From the IMG/VR virus record IMGVR_UViG_3300034073_002120: DNA of 64,000 nucleotides; one strand, written 5' to 3'. Source of the stretch: a virus. Its lineage: Duplodnaviria; Caudoviricetes. The translations under genes and the position numbers were made by a program. Within the stretch, counting starts at the first letter, position 1. Every line of letters begins with the position of its first letter. Positions 56,152 to 64,000 of the stretch are shown here, piece by piece. Below the pieces are notes generated by a model that was not told the DNA's origin, made no database searches, and saw only the letters and a program-made list of their open reading frames with translations.

Positions 56152-59100
56152 TACTTATCTTTTTTTAATTCGTCAATTTCGTTTTTAAGTTGTTTAACCG
56201 ATTCAATTAAAAGAGGAACTAATTTTTCATATCTAACTCCTAAATATCCACCATTCATCGTATTAACAATTTCAGGAAATACAGCTTGAACTTCTTGTGC
56301 AACCACACCTACATCATGTCCTGTAAATATTGTTTGATTATTATTCCAATCAAACTCATATCCATTTAATTGTGTTAGTTTATCAATAGGATTTTCTATA
56401 AGTGTTAAATTATCTTTTAATCGTTTATCCGAAGATACATATGCAGTAATATTACCATCACATCCAATAGCACCAGAAACAAACAATTGATATGTTGAAG
56501 TATTATCTCTTGGTATTAATACCTTTCTATTAGCTGCAGAAACTACCTGAATACCTCCGGCATTAATTTCCGTAAATTCTTCCGATATAGCTAAAGACAT
56601 ACCAGATACATTAGGAGTTCTAATAGAGAGATATTGAGTCATACTATATGGATAACCAGTGGTGCTTCCGGCAGCTGAAAATGTTGCTATAGAAATACCA
56701 ACCGATATATAATATGTACCAGATTCTACTACAAAGTTGAAGGTACCTGAATTATTTGAAGTTAAATTGACAGTGCTACCATTATTATTACCACCACTAT
56801 CATTAAACGTTTTTGTTACGTTACCGGATGGAGTGTGTAAAGTTATAGAAACAGTAACAGTTCCACTCATTCCATACAAACTTACATTAGTTGTAGAAGC
56901 ATATGCAGATGCATACCAATATCCACTTTGTGGTGTTAGTGTATATGCTAATGTAGCAGTTTGTCCTATAACCGAACTCCATGAACTATTACTTACTTGA
57001 GTATATCCATAACCAGTGTATCCACTTAAACTAGCAGCAATATAGTTAGTTTGTGTTGGACCATTTGATGTAGATGCTACGAATGAAGTTGCTATTGATG
57101 TTGTTGCAAGTGTAGGAGTTGATATAGATGGTTGTGTAAATGATGCATCGTTAGATATAGTTACACGAGTTTCATTTGTGGATGCATCATTTAATTTTAT
57201 GCTAGGTTCAAGTGAATTCAACACTAAATAATTTGCTGACATAGCTCCAGCACCAATTGTAAATCCACCAATATTACCACCGGTTGCATTAATAGTTCCA
57301 ACGAAATTACCGCCTGATGCGAATAAATTACCTGCAGTATCTACTGAAAAATTTTGTCCTATTTGAAAACTACCACCTGTTACTGTTACATTTGAAGCAA
57401 CCACTGCCCCTGCAGGACTTACTTTGAATGGTGCTGCTGCATAAGATGCATTTCCTAAGTAAATTCCATCTGGATCTGCTTTGAAAATATTATCACCACT
57501 ACCGATTGAAATTGTACCACCACTTAAAGCACCTGTAAATGTTCCACTTGCCCCACTTAATGCTCCGGTAAATGTACCACCACCATTTATACTCAATGCA
57601 GACCCATTCCAAGTTACGTTTCCATTTCCTAAACTAAACGTTCCATCTGAATACCAATAATCATTTGAATCGATGTAAATACCATCAGATGTTCCATTTA
57701 CATCATTTCCCAAACTCATTCCACCTGCAGTAATCTTACCAGCAAATGTTCCACCTGCAGCAGATAAGTTTCCACTAAATGTACCACCACCTGTAATTGA
57801 AAGATTTGTTCCATCCCACAATAATGAGTTTGATGCACTTTTTAGAGAAAGTTTTCCACTCGTTCCATCACTACCAATCCACGCACCAGTTTGGTCATAA
57901 CCTTTGGTTGCTTGACCAATGGAAATATATGGTGAGGTTGTACCACCGGCAATAGTAATATTAGCATTACCTGATGTGTTAGTTCCAACGTTTATAGTTT
58001 CCTTAACATAAGATTCTCTAAATATGGCAATTTCAGCTGCTACAAAATAAGAATCAGTTCCTAATGATTCCCAAAACGCAGTTTGAGTATCTGGTTGTTT
58101 ATTTAAGTTCGTAGTTGCGTTTGGTAATGTTGCATAATAAGTTCCACTATATAAAACAGCATCTCTACGAGTCGGATAATCATCAGTATCGTAATAAGTT
58201 GTAGTAGAACTCCACGGCCCCCTAAATACAACACCCGGTCCATCCGCACCATCTGTTCCATCAGTTCCGTCAGTTCCATCAGTTCCGTCAGTTCCATTCG
58301 TACCATCAATTGTTACACTAACTCTATGAACTTTTGTAATTGTACCAGATGTTCCTTCCGAATTTACATATGTTATTGTTAAAGAAACTGTTGTTCCGGC
58401 ATCAGTTGTTGGTGTTGTTGGAGTAATTGTTCCACTTGAATTAGAACCACCTGTAATTGCAGAAACATAATAAGTATTTATTGCACCACCAGTTGAATAT
58501 GAATAGTTAGAACCTCCCTCATTCACCGATGTTGTAAATGTAGATGGTGTTCCATATGTACCTGTATTTGATTTTGTAATCGATTGTGCATCATTTGATA
58601 AAAGAGCAATCACAATCGGAGCAGGTCTTTTTGCTTTTGTGTAAGTTACAATTTTTGTTACATCGGTTGTATCACCTGCACCATCTTTATATCTAACTAA
58701 TAAACTTAATGAACCACTATCTTTTGTTAAAGATGTAATACCATACGTTGCATCATCTGGAGTTGTATCATTTGCAACAACATTTGTTTCAGTTGCAGAA
58801 ATAATATCAAAACGATTATTTGTAGATAAACCTTCTTCTCTTGTTATATCTTCACCTCCAACTTTCACACTTACCGAACCACTTGTCAATACAAATGAAC
58901 CACTCTCAACAAATCCAGTCGATTTAGCAGGAAGAGTTGCGTTTTCATTTGTAAGAGTTACTGATAATCCATCTAATATTTTTACAGGTGTAATTTTAAT
59001 GAAATCAGAATAATTTATTCCATAATTATCCGATGCAGTAAATGAATATACTACCTCACCTGTTCCATATGAAAAAGTAGAACCACTTAAAAAATAAGTA

Positions 59101-61283
59101 GATACACCAGTTCCACCATCCGTACTTAATAATGTTAAAGGTGGTGCACCTGCCGTTGAATTCACTGTTATTGCAGTAATTGCAGATGCTAAATTTTTTC
59201 TTTTTGCATCAAATAATATTTTTTGTCCAGCTGGGTTTAGTGATAAATCCGTTGCTTTATAAATGAATTGATTTGCGTTAGATGTTACAAAAAGACCGGG
59301 TGCGTTATCACCATCTTCAAATCTATATATCGTTTCGTATTCTTCGATTGCTTCACATGATGCAGTGTATGTTATTGAACCTACTATTATTGAACTACTT
59401 AATTCTCCTTTAAAATTATCTATTACTAATGTTGCACCACCATCACCAAATGAAGAAAATCCACCAGGATATGTTCCACCATAAGAACCCGGTGAAATGT
59501 AATTACCACTTGTATCAAATGCAGATGAATAATAAGTTACACTACCTGTTAAATTTTGTTTTGTTACTTTGAATCCAATTTGTTGAGTTTGTGGATTAGC
59601 AAATGAGCCAGTAGAAAATCTAAAAGCAGTTCTATCAGATTCGAATGTTAGTAACTTTGTTGATGTTGGAAAATTATTACCGCCTGTAAATTGTTTTGAA
59701 GCAAATACATCTACTGGTATGTAGTTGTTATTTATATCATAAAATTCAAAACGGAAATCAAAAGTTTCTGATGCCACATTTTTAGAAACATCTTGTACTA
59801 TTGTAAATTCATCAGGTGAAAATGATGTTTCTTGTGCATTTTTCAAACTCACATTTGATATGTACCAACCACTACCATTAAACTCAAATACCAATTTGGC
59901 ATTTTCAGAACTACTGATAGGGGATGCAATTATATTTTGTGTAATATCTTGTTTTGTTTGATATATTGCAGAACCTGATAATGTTGTAAATTCTTGTGTA
60001 TAATTTGATGAACTTAAATACGCACGAAGTGTTTTTGAACTATCTACCGAACCACTATAAAGTGTTTTGAAACTAAGTGTATATTCCACATCTTTTGATA
60101 TGGAAATAGATTCGGTTGTATATAATGTTTGAACCCCAACTTGTCCATTTGTAGGTTTTACCGATGCGTATAATTTATCTAAGTTTATTGTTGGTTGTAA
60201 ATTAGCAGAACCAGTCCAATATGTATTTAAATTTGTTTGAGTAAAATTACCAAATGAAATATCGGTTTGACCTGTTGCTGTTAAATCTCTTAATAATTCA
60301 GTAGATTCTAATTTAGATTCTTGTACTAAAACATAATCACCAACATCGTTACGAGATTTACGGAATACTTTTACTCTTGCAACATCACCAACAAATGTTT
60401 TAAGATTTGAAATGTTTATTTTTGCAAACGAACCATTTAGAGCAGATTCTTCGAATGTTTGACCATCTAAATATTCAAATGATGATGTGTAACTAGTTTG
60501 TGCAAAATTTGTTACAACATTATTGATTGTATATGGAGTATCAACTAAAATCTCATCAGTATTTAAAACCTCTAAAACTTTAGCAGAATATCCGATTTCA
60601 GGTAATTCAATTGTATTTTCATCAATCGATGATGTCCATCCTGCACCACTAACTCTTTTTAATTTATACAAAGTTCCTGCAGTCCATCTACTTAAATTTG
60701 TTCCAGCAATAGGAATTTCTGAAATACCCTCTACTGAACCACTTTGTGTTATGAATGGAGTTGTTACGTTATAGATTGGTTTTACAATCTCATCTATTGT
60801 AATTGTTGGTCTTCTATAAAATCTTACACGAGTTTCGTTTGTTATATTTTTGTTGATTTGGAATGTCTTTTCCCACTTTACATTATATGTACCTTTCCAT
60901 TCTACTGGAATATCACGAATAACCCCGCTAGCATCCTCATAAGTCTTCAATTCTCCTAAAATGGTAATCTTACCTATCCCAATAGGTGTGTCCTCATAAA
61001 CGTGGACAGAAATCAATTTAGATATACCCTCATAATATTCAGGCACACCATTACCCGGTTCATAGTAAATAGGATTACCATCTACATCTAAAATCTCAAT
61101 TTTTATTTCAGTTGTTTCTTTTAAATGCTCAGAACCCTCAATTAAGAATCCGTTTTTACCACCTGTAAAAGTTTCATTAAATTCCGTAATACGAAAATAA
61201 TCAGAATTAGGATTTTGGTCTATGATAAACGTTCCGTAATTCGATAAATTTTGTAGTGGTGAATATGATTTGATTATTGCCAT
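56151..61283 (-). CDS. 1710-aa tail/baseplate-fibre protein with collagen-like linker and C-terminal peptidase S74 chaperone
   Basis: GTNGTDGTDGTDGTDGADGPG, FRGPWSSTTTYY...DAVLYSGTYY, Gly-rich beta repeats and SDKRLKDNL...GYEFDW...GVVAQEV..VFPEIV...VRYEKLVPLLIESVKQL. Confidence 0.85.
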   Translation of the reverse strand: MAIIKSYSPLQNLSNYGTFIIDQNPNSDYFRITEFNETFTGGKNGFLIEGSEHLKETTEIKIEILDVDGNPIYYEPGNGVPEYYEGISKLISVHVYEDTPIGIGKITILGELKTYEDASGVIRDIPVEWKGTYNVKWEKTFQINKNITNETRVRFYRRPTITIDEIVKPIYNVTTPFITQSGSVEGISEIPIAGTNLSRWTAGTLYKLKRVSGAGWTSSIDENTIELPEIGYSAKVLEVLNTDEILVDTPYTINNVVTNFAQTSYTSSFEYLDGQTFEESALNGSFAKINISNLKTFVGDVARVKVFRKSRNDVGDYVLVQESKLESTELLRDLTATGQTDISFGNFTQTNLNTYWTGSANLQPTINLDKLYASVKPTNGQVGVQTLYTTESISISKDVEYTLSFKTLYSGSVDSSKTLRAYLSSSNYTQEFTTLSGSAIYQTKQDITQNIIASPISSSENAKLVFEFNGSGWYISNVSLKNAQETSFSPDEFTIVQDVSKNVASETFDFRFEFYDINNNYIPVDVFASKQFTGGNNFPTSTKLLTFESDRTAFRFSTGSFANPQTQQIGFKVTKQNLTGSVTYYSSAFDTSGNYISPGSYGGTYPGGFSSFGDGGATLVIDNFKGELSSSIIVGSITYTASCEAIEEYETIYRFEDGDNAPGLFVTSNANQFIYKATDLSLNPAGQKILFDAKRKNLASAITAITVNSTAGAPPLTLLSTDGGTGVSTYFLSGSTFSYGTGEVVYSFTASDNYGINYSDFIKITPVKILDGLSVTLTNENATLPAKSTGFVESGSFVLTSGSVSVKVGGEDITREEGLSTNNRFDIISATETNVVANDTTPDDATYGITSLTKDSGSLSLLVRYKDGAGDTTDVTKIVTYTKAKRPAPIVIALLSNDAQSITKSNTGTYGTPSTFTTSVNEGGSNYSYSTGGAINTYYVSAITGGSNSSGTITPTTPTTDAGTTVSLTITYVNSEGTSGTITKVHRVSVTIDGTNGTDGTDGTDGTDGTDGADGPGVVFRGPWSSTTTYYDTDDYPTRRDAVLYSGTYYATLPNATTNLNKQPDTQTAFWESLGTDSYFVAAEIAIFRESYVKETINVGTNTSGNANITIAGGTTSPYISIGQATKGYDQTGAWIGSDGTSGKLSLKSASNSLLWDGTNLSITGGGTFSGNLSAAGGTFAGKITAGGMSLGNDVNGTSDGIYIDSNDYWYSDGTFSLGNGNVTWNGSALSINGGGTFTGALSGASGTFTGALSGGTISIGSGDNIFKADPDGIYLGNASYAAAPFKVSPAGAVVASNVTVTGGSFQIGQNFSVDTAGNLFASGGNFVGTINATGGNIGGFTIGAGAMSANYLVLNSLEPSIKLNDASTNETRVTISNDASFTQPSISTPTLATTSIATSFVASTSNGPTQTNYIAASLSGYTGYGYTQVSNSSWSSVIGQTATLAYTLTPQSGYWYASAYASTTNVSLYGMSGTVTVSITLHTPSGNVTKTFNDSGGNNNGSTVNLTSNNSGTFNFVVESGTYYISVGISIATFSAAGSTTGYPYSMTQYLSIRTPNVSGMSLAISEEFTEINAGGIQVVSAANRKVLIPRDNTSTYQLFVSGAIGCDGNITAYVSSDKRLKDNLTLIENPIDKLTQLNGYEFDWNNNQTIFTGHDVGVVAQEVQAVFPEIVNTMNGGYLGVRYEKLVPLLIESVKQLKNEIDELKKDK
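58232..58310. repeat. 9-bp-period repeat encoding a collagen-like (G-T-D)n segment
   Basis: ccatcagttccgtcagttccatcagttccgtcagttcc. Confidence 0.85.
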
Positions 61284-61334
61284 TATATTTCTCCTATGCA
61301 GGTATAAATATAACTGTTTTTAATACTTATTGTA

Positions 61335-61358
61335 AAATCCATAGAAATCCATAGAAAT
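61335..61358 (+). repeat. Tandem 10-bp direct repeat AAATCCATAG x2 plus a partial copy, abutting the RHH start codon
   Basis: aaatccatag aaatccatag aaatg. Confidence 0.85.
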
Positions 61359-61521
61359 GAATAAATACACTACAATACAAATAAAAAAAGAAACCCACGA
61401 ACTTCTACAACAATATTGTAAAGAACGTGGGTATAAATTAAGCGGATTGGTAGAATCTTTAATTATGCAAAGAATAACTCTTCCTAAAAATGTTTTGAAG
61501 GTTAAAACTTCACATGACTAA
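61357..61521 (+). CDS. 54-aa ribbon-helix-helix (CopG/Arc-like) DNA-binding protein; the only convincing plus-strand gene
   Basis: Hand translation gives MNKYTTIQIKKETHELLQQYCKERGYKLSGLVESLIMQRITLPKNVLKVKTSHD: an alternating beta strand TIQI, a helix, a G turn and a second helix. Confidence 0.75.
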   Translation: MNKYTTIQIKKETHELLQQYCKERGYKLSGLVESLIMQRITLPKNVLKVKTSHD

Positions 61522-64000
61522 ATCCTTCTACTTTTTTAATTTCGATTAAACCATCTACTACATCTCTCATAGAATCGATGTGTGATATAATCATGACAAA
61601 ATCAAATTGTGTCTTTAAGTAAGTGAATAACATAAATAACGATTGTAAATTCTCACTATCTAACGTTCCAAACCCTTCATCGATTACTAAGAAATTTGGA
61701 CGAGGTAAGTTACATACGTTGATTAAAGCAACTCTAATTGCAAGTCCTGATATAAATCTCTCCATACCACTACACATCTCCAAAGACCACTTATTATCAC
61801 CATAAACAAGGTAAGCATTGATGTTTTTACCATCCATCTCTAATTGCATTCCGAACTCAACAATTTGTGCAAGGATGTTATTTACCTCACCTTCAATCAT
61901 AGGTAATGCTTTTTCAATCAATTCATAAGAAACACCATCTTTACTCAAAGAGTTCAAATAATACTCATATAATTTAGATTGTTCTTCTAATTCTTTAATC
62001 TCACTAATCTTTGCCTCAAGGGTTTCTTTTTGTGATTTAAGAGACGAAACCTTACCATTTAAATCTAAAAGTTTTTTATTTGTCTTTGTAAAGTTTTTCT
62101 TAACCTCTTCTAATAAATCACGCTTACCTTTGATTTCTTCTCTAATTTCACCATTCTTTTTGATTTGTTCTTCATTTTGATGATACTCCTCAATAAGTTT
62201 AATTTGGTCTGCAATTTGTGTTTGAATACGAACTTCTTCGGTTTCTGATGCTGAAAGTTTGTTTATTAGAGTTGAAATTTCTCTATCAACTTTACCCTCT
62301 TTTTCTTTAGTTTGAACCAAATTATTCCAATCAGTTTCGTATGGAGTCAATTCGTTAATTTTGATTTCAGTAATATCATGTGTATGTGTTACTTGACTAA
62401 TCTCTTCAAAAAGGTTTGCTAAACTCTCTTCAACATCTTTTTTAGATTCTAAAATACTTTTAGAGTTTTCCATACAAATATCACAATTTTCGTTATATTT
62501 GTGAGAATCTAAATGTTCTTTTTTATCTTTTAATGAATCTAATTTTATATCTAATTTTTCTAATTCATGAGTTGCAGTGTTAAAATCTCTTCTAGCAAAC
62601 TTCAATACTTCAATCTTATCTTCTAAATCTTCTTCATCAAATCCATCAATAATTTCCTCTAATTGTAGTTGTAATTCTTCCAATTTAGAAATTCTTTCTT
62701 GTATTGCAATTTTTGTATTTAAGATTTCAGTTTCCTTATCGGTAAGAATTTTTTTACGTTTTTCTAATTCATCAATACCAACTAAATCAGAATTTAATTT
62801 TACAATCTTTCCATTTAATCGTATCAAATCTTTATTTAGTCCATCTTCATCATCCTTAATACCACCCAATTCAATCTCAACTAATTTGTATTCAGATTTG
62901 TTTTCTTTCAAATCGGTTTCAATTTGAGCAAGTTTAGAAGTAAAATCATCCGATTTAAATTTCTTAATTAGAGTTGCATTTTCTCTATTCTCATCTGATG
63001 CTAATTGGTATAATTTATCAAAAATATCCACACCGATGAATTGTGATAAAATCTCTTTACGTTCTGATTGTGATTTATCGATGAAGAGTGCGTTATTACC
63101 TTGTAAGGATAATGATGTTAAAACAAAATCTTCAAACTTACCTAAATACTTTTCAATATTTTTGTTAGTATCTCTACGTTGTTCTCCATTTAAAGATGTA
63201 ATTACACCGGCATCTTCTTTCCAAAAGTTTACGTTTACCGAAAGGTTAGTTCCCTTTCTAGTCCACTTCGCACTTCTTTCAATAAAATAATCAACTCCAT
63301 CAATCTCAAAATTAAACTTACAATAAAAGTTGTCTTTTTGATTATTTAGAATGTTTTTTGATGAAGATGTACGAGATGTTTTATCAAAGATACAGAATGA
63401 TAGAGCATCAAACAACGATGATTTACCACTTGCGTTTGGTGCAAAAATACCAATCACACCTCTTGCATCTTCGAACCTAACTTTATTACCCTCACCATAA
63501 GAAAACATATTACTGAACTCCAATGTCTTAGGAGTCCAAAGAATATTCTCAGCTAAAGTAGAATCATCAATTCTTGAGTTTACCTCTTTATTTATATCTG
63601 AAATCTTATCTAAATCAGAATCTTCTAAAAGAAATTGTCTTTCTAAGTAATCTCTAATAAGTTGGTTTTGGAACGTTTCATCCTTTACATTACCAACGAT
63701 ATTTTTGTTTAGAGCAGAGTTACGTTTTAATTGACCAATCGTATCAGTTCTTGTAACTGTAACCTCAGCAACATTAAATAATTGTTTTAATTCAGTAATA
63801 CGAAGTTTCATATCAGATGCTTCGGTATTAGTAAATCGCAATCTTAAACGAGGATTTTTAGGTAATTTTGTTCCAACCTCATCATAGACCCATTGTGGTA
63901 TAACTCCACCAACTACATCGATTGTAAGGAAACCATAATCGTTATGTATGTGATGTTCGGTAAAAGTACGAGTAGGAACATCCCATATCAAATAACCATG
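61502..64000 (-). CDS. 5'-partial SbcC/Rad50/gp46-like ATPase, fused to the C-terminal part of an SbcD/Mre11/gp47-like nuclease
   Basis: The frame stays open to the edge (HGYLIWDV...NDYGF). Walker A APNASGKSS, Q-loop LSLQG, Zn-hook CDIC, signature CSGMERF, Walker B VIDEGFGTLD and H-loop IISH. Confidence 0.88.
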   Translation of the reverse strand, partial: HGYLIWDVPTRTFTEHHIHNDYGFLTIDVVGGVIPQWVYDEVGTKLPKNPRLRLRFTNTEASDMKLRITELKQLFNVAEVTVTRTDTIGQLKRNSALNKNIVGNVKDETFQNQLIRDYLERQFLLEDSDLDKISDINKEVNSRIDDSTLAENILWTPKTLEFSNMFSYGEGNKVRFEDARGVIGIFAPNASGKSSLFDALSFCIFDKTSRTSSSKNILNNQKDNFYCKFNFEIDGVDYFIERSAKWTRKGTNLSVNVNFWKEDAGVITSLNGEQRRDTNKNIEKYLGKFEDFVLTSLSLQGNNALFIDKSQSERKEILSQFIGVDIFDKLYQLASDENRENATLIKKFKSDDFTSKLAQIETDLKENKSEYKLVEIELGGIKDDEDGLNKDLIRLNGKIVKLNSDLVGIDELEKRKKILTDKETEILNTKIAIQERISKLEELQLQLEEIIDGFDEEDLEDKIEVLKFARRDFNTATHELEKLDIKLDSLKDKKEHLDSHKYNENCDICMENSKSILESKKDVEESLANLFEEISQVTHTHDITEIKINELTPYETDWNNLVQTKEKEGKVDREISTLINKLSASETEEVRIQTQIADQIKLIEEYHQNEEQIKKNGEIREEIKGKRDLLEEVKKNFTKTNKKLLDLNGKVSSLKSQKETLEAKISEIKELEEQSKLYEYYLNSLSKDGVSYELIEKALPMIEGEVNNILAQIVEFGMQLEMDGKNINAYLVYGDNKWSLEMCSGMERFISGLAIRVALINVCNLPRPNFLVIDEGFGTLDSENLQSLFMLFTYLKTQFDFVMIISHIDSMRDVVDGLIEIKKVEGFSHVKF

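Noticed and set aside
15148-58309. Same-strand alternative-frame ORFs (15148..15384, 16286..16489, 55023..55214, 58103..58309)
   Set aside because: They are nested in MCP, scaffold or tail genes. Their periodicity mirrors the host gene's repeats, and I saw no start signal or slippery site.
4344-63290. Roughly 35 short plus-strand ORFs in the ORF track (e.g. 13661..14011, 17238..17489, 27877..28323, 62577..62927)
   Set aside because: They lie antisense within well-supported minus-strand genes, show no recognisable motifs and have shadow-like composition.
1-64000. Stop-codon reassignment (TAG or TGA recoding, seen in some large phages)
   Set aside because: MCP, portal, TerL, protease and the tail genes are full length in the standard code, and TAG is used as a real stop (11090, 11501, 34972).

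Overview
This is a 64-kb, AT-rich segment of a large tailed dsDNA phage with a T4-like head. Every convincing gene but one lies on the minus strand. The host is most likely Bacteroidota, based on two TTTG-N20-TAnnTTAG host-type promoters, SD-less early genes, a bS21 gene and SprB-like repeats. In transcription order (right to left) the window contains: (i) a fused SbcD/SbcC-like (gp47/gp46) repair protein running off the right edge, and a small plus-strand ribbon-helix-helix gene missed by the ORF track; (ii) a 1710-aa tail/fibre protein with an S74 chaperone, followed by a mucin-like poly-Thr protein; (iii) a ~22-kb glycan cluster (32.8-55 kb) of glycosyltransferases, nucleotide-sugar epimerases, a split TPP-enzyme pair, three radical SAM enzymes, a methyltransferase, HAD proteins and a 2OG-Fe(II) oxygenase; (iv) the head module: a 1619-aa multidomain protein, terminase large subunit, portal, several Glu-site-punctuated putative internal-head proteins, prohead protease, bS21, scaffold and major capsid protein; (v) a GIY-YIG endonuclease and a small early-promoter island; (vi) neck/tail-completion genes and two Ser/Gly/Thr-rich fibre genes, the second running off the left edge and missed by the ORF track. 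The best candidates for undescribed biology are: a phage-encoded protein O-glycosylation system (a plant HPAT/SERGT-like transferase 12 nt downstream of a poly-Thr virion protein); ESVNE-delimited cassette polyproteins in the head module; a bS21-linked Shine-Dalgarno switch; and a 14-bp anti-start hairpin in front of the terminase operon. All functional calls come from motif recognition by eye; no searches were run.
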